This document shows positions 45,191 to 53,923 of a stretch of DNA of 64,000 nt, in pieces. The stretch covers positions 4,752 to 68,751 of the forward strand of contig JALFGN010000123.1 of NCBI GenBank assembly GCA_022777285.1, written 5' to 3'. The notes beneath the pieces are model-generated. The model ran no database searches, was not told the DNA's origin, and saw nothing but the letters and a program-made list of their open reading frames with translations. The position numbers and the translations under genes are program-made. Every line of letters begins with the position of its first letter. Position 1 is the stretch's first letter. Source of the stretch: Blautia sp. (GTDB lineage: Bacteria > Bacillota > Clostridia > Lachnospirales > Lachnospiraceae).

Positions 45191-45961
45191 ATGAAGGAAA
45201 TATGGGATTTGACAAACGATATGTGGGAATTATACAGAGGGCAGGGATGGTATCTGTTTTGTTTTCTGGCTGCAGTTGTGTGTTTACTTTTGAAGAGAAA
45301 AGAAAGTAAAAAAGCAAGATTTTTGTCTGCGTACAGTATACTCATGTTGTTTCTTTTCTGGTGTCCCGTGTCAGCAAAGCTGATTATGGATTATGGGATC
45401 GGCAGAAGTGTCTATTGGAGAATGTTCTGGCTTTTCCCCATAACACTTCTGATCGGATGGGTGCTTACTGTTCTGGTGTGCAGTACAAGGAAAAAAACCA
45501 TACAGACTTTGCTTCTGGCAGGGAGTTTGGTCCTTACAGCAGCAGGAGGAACCTGGATCTATCGGGAAGATGTATTTCAGAAAACGACCAATCTTTATAA
45601 AATTCCTCAGACTGTGATTCCAATCTGCCAGAAGATGCGGGAGTATCCACAGGAAGAAACCATAAAAGCAGCCGTAGCAGATGATTTACTTTCTTATATT
45701 CGTCAGTATGATCCTGGAATTCATATGGTTTATGGGAGAAATACGACAAAAGATTTTCAGGCAGAAACGATGGAGGCTGCTGTTTTGTATGGGGTACTTC
45801 ATGAAGAACAGCAGGACAGAGAGACTTTTGTGTCTGCAATAGAACTGTCGGAGTGTAATTTTCTGGTGCTGAAAGGGGATCATCCGGTGAAGAAATGGGC
45901 AGATTTGGAATATGAAATGCTTTTAGAAGTGGATGGGTATTATTTATACTATACCGGTTAA
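45191..45961 (+). CDS. Membrane protein of unknown function (about 4 TM helices plus a soluble C-terminal domain)
   Basis: 256 aa. AGGAG lies 7 nt before the ATG. The gene begins 10 nt after the preceding gene. Confidence 0.5.
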   Translation: MKEIWDLTNDMWELYRGQGWYLFCFLAAVVCLLLKRKESKKARFLSAYSILMLFLFWCPVSAKLIMDYGIGRSVYWRMFWLFPITLLIGWVLTVLVCSTRKKTIQTLLLAGSLVLTAAGGTWIYREDVFQKTTNLYKIPQTVIPICQKMREYPQEETIKAAVADDLLSYIRQYDPGIHMVYGRNTTKDFQAETMEAAVLYGVLHEEQQDRETFVSAIELSECNFLVLKGDHPVKKWADLEYEMLLEVDGYYLYYTG

Positions 45962-45967
45962 GCAGGG

Positions 45968-45996
45968 TTGTTTTCTGAAAAGCAATATGATATATT
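45968..45996 (+). promoter_or_regulatory. Promoter candidate for the Wzx/Wzy glycopolymer operon (TTGTTT-17-TGaTATATT)
   Basis: Read directly from the sequence. Confidence 0.4.
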
Positions 45997-46072
45997 ATTA
46001 GCAGATTGTTAAATTTTAATTCAAAATATTACAAAATATTAACACAAAATACGATGGGAGAATTGGTAAATA

Positions 46073-47461
46073 ATGGAAAGACGCAGGAGAGATGAATTAA
46101 GGAGACTGGTGCGTGGAGGTCTTTGCACATTGCTTTTGGTTCTGTTTTCATTTATGTTTGGCTATGTATGGGACAGATATTATAGTCAGGGGTTATGGAA
46201 AGAGCCCTTTTATGCAAAGGGAAATGTAGTTATGGTAATTATCTACCTGATTGTTGCATTTTTGTTCTTTTCCGTTCTTGGAGGATTGAAAATAGGAACA
46301 CTGCGCAGAACAAATGTAATGCTTTCCCAGATGGTGGGAATTCTTTGCCTCCATGTTGTGATGTATGGACAGATGATTTTGCTGTATCGTGGACTGCCTC
46401 CGGTTATGCCGCTTATGTTGCTGACTGTATCAGAGGTCATTCTGATTTATGCATTCAGCTATATTTTTGATTTTATTCTGAATGTATTATTTCCTCCCAG
46501 AGAACTTCTGGTAATTTATGGAGAATATCCGTTTCAGCCTATTTGTAATAAGATTGAATCCAGAAAAGATAAATTTCTGATTGGAGGAAGCATGAATGTT
46601 TCCGCAGGTTGGGAAGCCCTGCAGAAAGAAATTGACAAGTTCAAAGATGGCGGGGTAGTCATCAGCGATGTACATTCAGAAATGCGCAATCGTATTCTGA
46701 AATATTGCTATGCAAAAGAAATTCGTGTTTATATTACTCCGAAAGTATCCGATATTCTTCTTAGAAATGCAGAATCCCTTCATATGTTTGATACACCGCT
46801 TATGCTGGTAAGAGGAAGTGGGCTTACAATTGGACAGAAATTTTTTAAGAGACTGACGGATATTGTAATTTCACTGATCATGATTGTGATTGCTTCTCCT
46901 TTTATGCTGGTGGCAGCCATACTGATCAAGTCTTATGATCATGGACCGGTTCTGTTCAAACAGAAGAGACTGACGGAAGGAAGAAAGGAATTTTATGTTT
47001 ATAAATTCAGGAGTATGATCGTAGATGCGGAAAAGGATGGAGTGGCAAGACTTGCCTCCGCCAATGATTCCAGAATCACACCGGTAGGAAAATTCATAAG
47101 AGCTACAAGAATGGATGAATTGCCCCAGCTGTTTAATATCCTGAAAGGGGATATGAGTATTGTAGGACCGAGACCGGAACGTCCGGAAATTGCAGAAGAG
47201 TATGAAAAAGAAATACCGGAATTTGCATACAGACTGAAGGTAAAAGCGGGACTTACCGGATATGCACAGATATACGGAAAATACAATACAACTGCTTATG
47301 ACAAGTTGAAACTGGATTTGATGTATATAGAAGGATATCATATCCTGATTGATTTTAAATTGATTCTGACTACGATTAAAATTATTTTTATGAAAGAGAG
47401 TACAGAAGGAGTGGAAGAAGGGCAGGTGACTGCCGGGTCTTCCGAACAGAAGAAAAAGTGA
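46073..47461 (+). CDS. Polyprenyl glycosylphosphotransferase (WbaP/CpsE-type priming sugar transferase)
   Basis: N-terminal TM helices, then the bacterial sugar transferase domain: PVLFKQKRLT, FRSM, DELPQLFNILKGDMSIVGPRPERP. Confidence 0.88.
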   Translation: MERRRRDELRRLVRGGLCTLLLVLFSFMFGYVWDRYYSQGLWKEPFYAKGNVVMVIIYLIVAFLFFSVLGGLKIGTLRRTNVMLSQMVGILCLHVVMYGQMILLYRGLPPVMPLMLLTVSEVILIYAFSYIFDFILNVLFPPRELLVIYGEYPFQPICNKIESRKDKFLIGGSMNVSAGWEALQKEIDKFKDGGVVISDVHSEMRNRILKYCYAKEIRVYITPKVSDILLRNAESLHMFDTPLMLVRGSGLTIGQKFFKRLTDIVISLIMIVIASPFMLVAAILIKSYDHGPVLFKQKRLTEGRKEFYVYKFRSMIVDAEKDGVARLASANDSRITPVGKFIRATRMDELPQLFNILKGDMSIVGPRPERPEIAEEYEKEIPEFAYRLKVKAGLTGYAQIYGKYNTTAYDKLKLDLMYIEGYHILIDFKLILTTIKIIFMKESTEGVEEGQVTAGSSEQKKK

Positions 47462-47463
47462 CT

Positions 47464-48204
47464 ATGGAAAAATTGATTACAGTAATCATTCCTGCCTATA
47501 ATTGTGCCGATACGATTGAGGCTGCTATTGAATCTGTGTTGAATCAGGAGGTTCCAGTTGAGATATTGGTGCTGAATGATCAATCACCGGATCATCTGGA
47601 TGCAGTTATGGAAAAATATAAAGAGAATGAATCGGTTCATTATATTCACAATGAAAAAAATCTTGGAGCTGCAGGCAGCAGAAATAAAGGAGTTTCTATG
47701 GCAGAGACTCCTTATGTGGCATTTTTGGATGCAGATGATATCTGGGCAGGAGGAAAATTAAAAAAACAGCTTGAGAGGATAAAGGAAACAGGAGTTGTTT
47801 TATGTTCTACCGGACGGCAGCTGATGCGTCCGGACGGTACTTGCACAGAAAAGTACATTCCTGTAAAAGCAAGGATTACGTACAAAGAATTATTAAGACA
47901 TAACAGCATTAACTGTTCCTCTGTTCTGCTGAAAACAGAAGTAGCCAGGGAATTTCCGATGGAGCATGAAGACAGCCATGAAGACTATATTACATGGCTG
48001 AAAATATTGAAGAAATACGGGATTGCTGCAGGAATTGATGAACCCCTTCTTCTGTATCGGCTTACTACGACTGGAAAATCCGGTAATAAATTGAAATCAG
48101 CAAGTATGAATTGGAAGGTATACCGGTATATGGGATTTGGATATATACGTTCCTGTTTCTATTTCTGTTCTTATGCCATTCATGGAATTATAAAATACTT
48201 ATAA
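47464..48204 (+). CDS. Glycosyltransferase family 2
   Basis: ITVIIPAYNCADTIEAAIESVLNQ, GAAGSRNKG and FLDADD. Confidence 0.85.
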   Translation: MEKLITVIIPAYNCADTIEAAIESVLNQEVPVEILVLNDQSPDHLDAVMEKYKENESVHYIHNEKNLGAAGSRNKGVSMAETPYVAFLDADDIWAGGKLKKQLERIKETGVVLCSTGRQLMRPDGTCTEKYIPVKARITYKELLRHNSINCSSVLLKTEVAREFPMEHEDSHEDYITWLKILKKYGIAAGIDEPLLLYRLTTTGKSGNKLKSASMNWKVYRYMGFGYIRSCFYFCSYAIHGIIKYL

Positions 48205-48215
48205 GAGATGTTGAT

Positions 48216-49388
48216 ATGGAGAGTGCTATGGGAGTTTTTTTGAAAACAATGTTTTTTTATGTGTTGAAACTGTTACTCGTGCCTTTGCGAATTCTTCCTG
48301 TTAAGAAAAACCGTATTTTATTTACCGGACTTACAGGAGGGAAAACGAATGAGTATTCCTGTAACCTGAAATATTTATGTGAGTATCTGGAAGAAAAGGA
48401 GCCGGGAAGATTTGAAATCTGCTGGGCTGTGAGTGAACCGGAAAATTACAGATTCCTGCAGGAAAAAGGATATAAAGTAGTCAAACATTTTACATTGGGG
48501 TCTTTTCCTGTGTTGATGACTGCAAAGGTCATCGTATCAAACGGTGCATATGCTCCCTGGTTCCCGTTTCGGAAAAGCCAGTATTTTATTAATACCTGGC
48601 ATGGAGGCGGAGCTTATAAAAAAATAGAAAACAACAAGCCGGATGCAAACTGGTTTACCAGAAAGCGTGCGCAGATCTGTGCGGATAATATCAGTCTGTT
48701 TGTATCTACCTGTAAAGCGGCAAGTGAAAAACTGTTTCGAGGTGCTTTTTTATATAAAGGAGAGATTATGGAACAGGGAATGCCACGAAATGATAAAATT
48801 GTACGTCAGGAAACAGAAGAACAGGCTGCAAAAGTAAAAAAAGAATATGGACTTTCTCCGGAAGATAAGATTGTTTTGTTTGCACCTACCTACAGGCCGG
48901 AAGCAGCTGTGATCACACTGGATGCAGATAAACTTCTGGAGTGTCTTGGACAAGATGGAAAACACTGGTATTTTATGAGAAGAGCCCATCGTTATCAGAA
49001 CGGATATCAGATTCAGGTGACAGGAAAGAAGATTCTGGAAGCGGGAGATTATCCGGATATGCAGGAACTTCTTTGTGCAGCCGATGTATTGATTACAGAT
49101 TACTCTTCCTGTATCTGGGAATATTCCTTCTTATACAGACCTTGTTTTCTTTATACGCCGGATCTGGACAGTTATATTAAAAACACAGGATTTTATACAG
49201 ATATCTATGAGTGGCCATTTCCATTGTGCCGGACAGAAGAAGAGCTGTATGAAAAAATAGAACACTATGATGAAAATGAAAACCGGGCAAAGATTCAGGC
49301 GCATCACCAAGCTTTGGGAAGCTGTGAGTCAGGAAGAGCCTGTGAAGCCTTGACAGAAAGAATCAAACAAGTTACTGGTGTAAAATGA
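48216..49388 (+). CDS. CDP-glycerol/CDP-ribitol polyol-phosphate transferase (TagB/TagF/TarL family)
   Basis: NTWHGGG, FAPTYR and LITDYSSCIWEYSFLYRPCFLY are typical of the Glyphos_transf family. At about 390 aa it is the size of single-addition members. Confidence 0.8.
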   Translation: MESAMGVFLKTMFFYVLKLLLVPLRILPVKKNRILFTGLTGGKTNEYSCNLKYLCEYLEEKEPGRFEICWAVSEPENYRFLQEKGYKVVKHFTLGSFPVLMTAKVIVSNGAYAPWFPFRKSQYFINTWHGGGAYKKIENNKPDANWFTRKRAQICADNISLFVSTCKAASEKLFRGAFLYKGEIMEQGMPRNDKIVRQETEEQAAKVKKEYGLSPEDKIVLFAPTYRPEAAVITLDADKLLECLGQDGKHWYFMRRAHRYQNGYQIQVTGKKILEAGDYPDMQELLCAADVLITDYSSCIWEYSFLYRPCFLYTPDLDSYIKNTGFYTDIYEWPFPLCRTEEELYEKIEHYDENENRAKIQAHHQALGSCESGRACEALTERIKQVTGVK

Positions 49389-49409
49389 TTTTATGGAGGA
49401 AAAAAAAGA

Positions 49410-50126
49410 ATGATATTTGGTGCAATATTGGCAGGCGGTGTAGGATCAAGAATGAATATTTCCGATATGCCGAAACAGTTTTTACCTTTAGGGGACAAGC
49501 CGATTATTATCCATACACTGGAAAAATTTCTTTTATGTGAGAGAATTGATGAGATTTATATTGGCGTTCATCCCAATTGGCTGGTTCATATGGAAGATCT
49601 CATTCAAAAATACGTAAAAATCAGAAAAGAGCAGATTCATATTGTAGCAGGTGGAGGAGACCGAAATACTACAATTATGAATCTGGTAGATCAGATGGAA
49701 AAGGATTTTGGAAGTTCAGAGGAACATTATATTATCACACATGATTCGGTCCGTCCTTTTGTTACTGCAAGAATTATTAATGATAACATTGATACCGTCT
49801 TGAAATATAAAGCCTGTGATACAGTCGTTGCGGCAACGGATACGATTGTAACATCAAAAGATGGGAATGTAATTACAGAAATTCCAAATCGTCAGTGGAT
49901 GTACCAGGGACAGACACCACAGAGCTTTCAGATAAATCTGTTAAAGAAATGGTATTATGATCTGACAGAAGAGGAAAAGGCAATTTTAACAGATGCCTGT
50001 AAGATCGGTGTAGTAAGAAATGCAGAAGTACGCCTTGTAAGAGGAGAAGTATCCAATTTGAAAATAACCACAGTAACAGATTATAAAGTTGCGCAGGCAA
50101 TGGTTGGAGGAAATCTAATTGATTAA
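49410..50126 (+). CDS. tarI: D-ribitol-5-phosphate cytidylyltransferase
   Basis: AILAGGVGSRMNISDMPKQFL, THDSVRPF, YQGQTPQSF and NLKITTVTDYKVAQAM. It resembles pneumococcal TarI closely as I remember it, and it is paired with tarJ. Confidence 0.85.
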   Translation: MIFGAILAGGVGSRMNISDMPKQFLPLGDKPIIIHTLEKFLLCERIDEIYIGVHPNWLVHMEDLIQKYVKIRKEQIHIVAGGGDRNTTIMNLVDQMEKDFGSSEEHYIITHDSVRPFVTARIINDNIDTVLKYKACDTVVAATDTIVTSKDGNVITEIPNRQWMYQGQTPQSFQINLLKKWYYDLTEEEKAILTDACKIGVVRNAEVRLVRGEVSNLKITTVTDYKVAQAMVGGNLID

Positions 50127-51132
50127 TTATGTATATCAGCTGGTCAGCCCACAGGTATTTTCCGTTAAGTATGAAGATATTGCTTTTGAAGATAAAGTAA
50201 TCATACGGCCCAAATATATGGCCGTATGTCATGCAGACCAGAGATATTATCAGGGAAAGAGAGACAGAAAGGTTCTCAGAAAAAAACTTCCTATGGCTCT
50301 GATCCATGAATGTTGCGGAGAAGTGGTCTATGATCCTTCTGACACTTTTTCCAGAGGGGAAGCTGTAATTCTGATACCAAATGTACCGGGAGAAAAAAAA
50401 TCCGGTATTTATGAAAACTATGCGAAAGGTGCAGCATTTCTTTCCAGTGGAAGAGACGGATTTTTGCAGGAATATATTGCTCTTGATCCGAATCGGGTCG
50501 TATCTGCAGGAACGGTTCCGGGCAATATTGCAGCAATCAGTGAGTTTGTCAGTGTGGCAGTTCATGCTGCTGGCAGATTTCAGAAACTTTCTCATGCATG
50601 CAGGGACAGAATCGGAATCTGGGGTAATGGAAGTCTTGGATTTGTGGTTGCCTGTGTGCTTCGAAAGCTTTATCCGGAAAGTAAGATCATTGTGATTGGA
50701 CGAAATGAGAGGAAGCTTACTTATTTTTCTTTTGTGGATGAGGTTTATAAACCGGAAGAGCTTCCGGAAGATTTTGCGGTGGATCATGCATTTGAGTGTT
50801 GTGGGGGAGAAGGCAGTTATACAGCCATTGAAGATATTATTCGAGTGATCAATCCGCAGGGAACGGTGATGCTTATGGGCGTATCAGAAAACAGGGTACC
50901 TGTGAATACAAGAGATATTTTGGAAAAGGGGCTTCTCTTTGTAGGAAGCAGCCGTTCAGGGAGAGAAGATTTTGAAAAAGCTTCTGAATTTATGCAAGAT
51001 CCTATGGTCCAGAATCGACTGCGTCTGATTATTTACGAAGACGCTCCTGTGACAAGTATTGATGACTTGCACAGAGTGTTTCACAATGATATGAACACAC
51101 CTTTTAAGACAGTATTCCGTTGGGAAATTTAG
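50119..51132 (+). CDS. tarJ: Ribulose-5-phosphate reductase (zinc-type alcohol dehydrogenase)
   Basis: MINYVYQL..., RPKYMAVCHADQRYYQGKRD, HAFECCGG and FKTVFRWEI. TTG start 8 nt after GGAGG. It overlaps the tarI stop. Confidence 0.85.
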   Translation: MINYVYQLVSPQVFSVKYEDIAFEDKVIIRPKYMAVCHADQRYYQGKRDRKVLRKKLPMALIHECCGEVVYDPSDTFSRGEAVILIPNVPGEKKSGIYENYAKGAAFLSSGRDGFLQEYIALDPNRVVSAGTVPGNIAAISEFVSVAVHAAGRFQKLSHACRDRIGIWGNGSLGFVVACVLRKLYPESKIIVIGRNERKLTYFSFVDEVYKPEELPEDFAVDHAFECCGGEGSYTAIEDIIRVINPQGTVMLMGVSENRVPVNTRDILEKGLLFVGSSRSGREDFEKASEFMQDPMVQNRLRLIIYEDAPVTSIDDLHRVFHNDMNTPFKTVFRWEI

Positions 51133-51152
51133 AAAATAAGGAGATAAAAGCT

Positions 51153-52007
51153 ATGCATGCAATCAATCCGGAAATCGAAGCACTCCAGAAAAAATCTCTG
51201 GAGATTCTTGTGTTTTTTAAGGAATTCTGTGACAAACACAATTTGTTGTTTTATTTTTGCGGTGGATGCTGTATCGGCACTTTGCGCCATCAGGGATTTA
51301 TTCCATGGGATGATGATATTGATGTATTTATGCCAAGAAACGATTATGAAAAGCTGTGCAGATTATGGAAAAGAGAAGTGCCTGCTGATCAATATATTCT
51401 GTGCAGAGCGGACGAAAATCATTTTATCCGTTCACAGCTGACGGCAATCGTGGATCCACATACAACCTTTATTAAAGAGAATCAGAAAGATTTGGATATT
51501 CCGCATGGAATTCGTCTGGAAGTATTGCCTCTGGATGGATGTCCGGATTCCCGGATCAAAAGAAAAATCCAGATTTTCTGGGGCCTGGTTTATCAGGTAT
51601 TCTGTTTGCAGGATCCGCCTACCAGCAAGGGAAAAATACCGGAACTATTGGGAAAGGCAGCGTTGTGTTGTTTTCCGGGTTGGAAACGGAAGACAAAAGT
51701 ATGGAAATTTGCAGAGAAGCAGATGTCTAAATATAAAATAAAGGACTGTAAGAAAATTACAGAATTATGTGTAAGATTCGAGTACATGACAAATGAATAT
51801 CCGAAGGAGGCATTTGAAAAGGCTGTTTATAAGGAATTTGAAGGCTTACAGATGCCCATTCCGGTAGGATATGATGCCTATCTGAAAATGGCATTTGGAG
51901 ATTACATGCAACTGCCTCCAAAAGAGAAACAGATTCCAAAGCACGAGGCAGTATTGATCGATGTGGACAGAGGATATGAGTATTACAGAGGAAAAAATAT
52001 TGAGTAA
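51153..52007 (+). CDS. licD: LicD family phosphotransferase (copy 1)
   Basis: The GGCCIGTLRHQGFIPWDDDIDVFMPRNDYEKL motif and C-terminal FGDYMQLPPKEKQ. Confidence 0.8.
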   Translation: MHAINPEIEALQKKSLEILVFFKEFCDKHNLLFYFCGGCCIGTLRHQGFIPWDDDIDVFMPRNDYEKLCRLWKREVPADQYILCRADENHFIRSQLTAIVDPHTTFIKENQKDLDIPHGIRLEVLPLDGCPDSRIKRKIQIFWGLVYQVFCLQDPPTSKGKIPELLGKAALCCFPGWKRKTKVWKFAEKQMSKYKIKDCKKITELCVRFEYMTNEYPKEAFEKAVYKEFEGLQMPIPVGYDAYLKMAFGDYMQLPPKEKQIPKHEAVLIDVDRGYEYYRGKNIE

Positions 52008-53091
52008 AAAAACAATCTGCCTGGTTACAAAGAATATGTCGGTAGCAGGAGGCGCCCAGAGAGTTACTTCTCTTATGGCTAAGGAACTTTCTTCATATTA
52101 TAATGTAATCGTAGTTTCCGCCATGACAGATGCAGACGGGAAAATTGCATATGATTTTCCCGAAAATGTTAAAGTAATCAAGGCCACAAAAGGAATCAAA
52201 AATGCGACAAAGGCAGTTTTGCCTGCAGCAAAAAAAATCAGAAAAACATTAAAGGATCAGGATGTAAAAGTTATCTTTTCCGTGGGTGCAGGTGCCTATC
52301 TCTTTGTATATGCTTTTTCTGTTTTTACAAGGCAGAAAAGAGTGTTATGTGAACATTCCAGCCTGGCAAACAGAATTGATATTCGGACTGCGCAGAAATT
52401 TTATGAATGGCTTGGAGCGAAAACAGCGCATCAGGTCATCACATTAACAAAAAGAGATGCGCTTCATTATGAAGAAAAATTTCATATAAAAAACGTAAAA
52501 AATATTTACAACTGGCTGGATCTGCAAACGGTACAGCGTTCCGCAGGATATGCTAAAACTTCGAAGAAAATTCTTACTGTGGGTAGAATTTCGAAAGTAA
52601 AAGGGTTTGATATGTTGCTGGACATTGCCCAAAAGGTTCTTCCTGCGCATCCCGATTGGGAATGGCATGTCTATGGAGATGGTCCTCTTTTACCGGAAAT
52701 CCGTCAGGAGGCAGAAAAACGCCATTTAGAGAAACAACTTCTGTTTCAGGGGCAGTGTTCGGATATCTATGAAAAATATGGAGATTACAGTTTTTATGTT
52801 ATGACTTCTTATCACGAAGGACTTCCAATGGTACTCTTGGAAGCACAAGCCAATTACCTTCCGGTTATCAGTTTTGACTGTGAAACCGGACCGGCAGAAA
52901 TTATAACAGATTCTGTAAATGGATATCTGGTTCCTGTTTATGATAAGACGGTTATGTGTGAAAAAATCAACTTTCTGATAGAAAATGAAGAAGTAAGAAA
53001 CAATATGTCTGTTCATTCACAGGATACACTGGATCGGTTTGACAGAGAAACAATCGTAAAAATCTGGAGAAATTTAATTGAGAGGTTATAA
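51976..53091 (+). CDS. Glycosyltransferase family 4 (GT-B)
   Basis: C-terminal EGLPMVLLEAQANYLPVISFDCETGPAEII motif. The start is ambiguous: ATG 51976 or TTG 52000. Confidence 0.8.
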   Translation: MSITEEKILSKKTICLVTKNMSVAGGAQRVTSLMAKELSSYYNVIVVSAMTDADGKIAYDFPENVKVIKATKGIKNATKAVLPAAKKIRKTLKDQDVKVIFSVGAGAYLFVYAFSVFTRQKRVLCEHSSLANRIDIRTAQKFYEWLGAKTAHQVITLTKRDALHYEEKFHIKNVKNIYNWLDLQTVQRSAGYAKTSKKILTVGRISKVKGFDMLLDIAQKVLPAHPDWEWHVYGDGPLLPEIRQEAEKRHLEKQLLFQGQCSDIYEKYGDYSFYVMTSYHEGLPMVLLEAQANYLPVISFDCETGPAEIITDSVNGYLVPVYDKTVMCEKINFLIENEEVRNNMSVHSQDTLDRFDRETIVKIWRNLIERL

Positions 53092-53092
53092 A

Positions 53093-53920
53093 ATGCGAGA
53101 GATTTCGGAAGTTCAGGAGATTCAGGCGATTGCTTTGGATATCCTGGAATATATTGATCGAATATGCAGGGAAAATCAACTGCATTATTTCATGTCCGAT
53201 GGAACGTTGCTGGGTGCAGTCAGACATAAAGGCTATATTCCTTGGGATGATGATGTAGATATTTGGATGCCGAGAGAAGACTACAAAAAAATAGAAGAAA
53301 TCATTAATCAAGATTCTAACGCACATTATCGATTGATAAACAGGCAAAATACCAGAGGATATATTTATGGATTTGGAAAGGTCATTGATACCAGAACCTT
53401 ACTGATTGAGAATATTGAAAAAAAATGTAAAATGGGAATTTATGTGGATATTTTTCCTTATGATGGATTGCCGGGAAAATGTAAAGAAGACTATGAAAAA
53501 CATGTAAAAACATGTCTGTTCTGGGATCGACAGCGTTATCCGGCTTTTTGCAGCTATAAGACGGTCTGTCGGAATTATACGACAGGCAACAGAAGAAGAT
53601 TTTTTACCTGGATCATACGGAAATGCATTGGCGGTAAAAATATTCTGCGGCTTATGGATAAACTCAGTCAGAAATATCCGGTGGAGGGAGCAGAATTCGT
53701 AGGATGTCTCACTTCCGGTTATAAAGCAAAGGATATGATGCCTGCCTGGGTTTGTTCGGAGACGGTGGATATGGCTTTTGAAGATAAAGTGTTTCAGGCA
53801 CCCAGAGGATACGAAACCTTTCTGGAAATTGAATATGGAGATTATATGAAACTTCCGCCAAAAGAAAAACAAGTATCTCATCATGATTTTAAAGCATGGT
53901 GGAAAGAGGATGAGCGATAG
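53093..53920 (+). CDS. licD: LicD family phosphotransferase (copy 2)
   Basis: SDGTLLGAVRHKGYIPWDDDVDIWMPREDYKK and C-terminal YGDYMKLPPKEKQ. Confidence 0.8.
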   Translation: MREISEVQEIQAIALDILEYIDRICRENQLHYFMSDGTLLGAVRHKGYIPWDDDVDIWMPREDYKKIEEIINQDSNAHYRLINRQNTRGYIYGFGKVIDTRTLLIENIEKKCKMGIYVDIFPYDGLPGKCKEDYEKHVKTCLFWDRQRYPAFCSYKTVCRNYTTGNRRRFFTWIIRKCIGGKNILRLMDKLSQKYPVEGAEFVGCLTSGYKAKDMMPAWVCSETVDMAFEDKVFQAPRGYETFLEIEYGDYMKLPPKEKQVSHHDFKAWWKEDER

Positions 53921-53923
53921 AGT

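Noticed and set aside
45178-45193. The idea that 44131-45180 and 45191-45961 are one gene broken by a nonsense mutation, that is, a pseudogene.
   Set aside because: The second ORF is in a different frame (offset 10 nt) and has a well-placed AGGAG RBS, so a simple stop-codon mutation does not explain the arrangement. A frameshift cannot be excluded without orthologs. I therefore kept them as two genes and flagged the pair as a finding.
49873-50787. A 304-aa minus-strand ORF spanning tarI/tarJ.
   Set aside because: It is an antisense shadow ORF. The tarI and tarJ assignments on the plus strand are strong.
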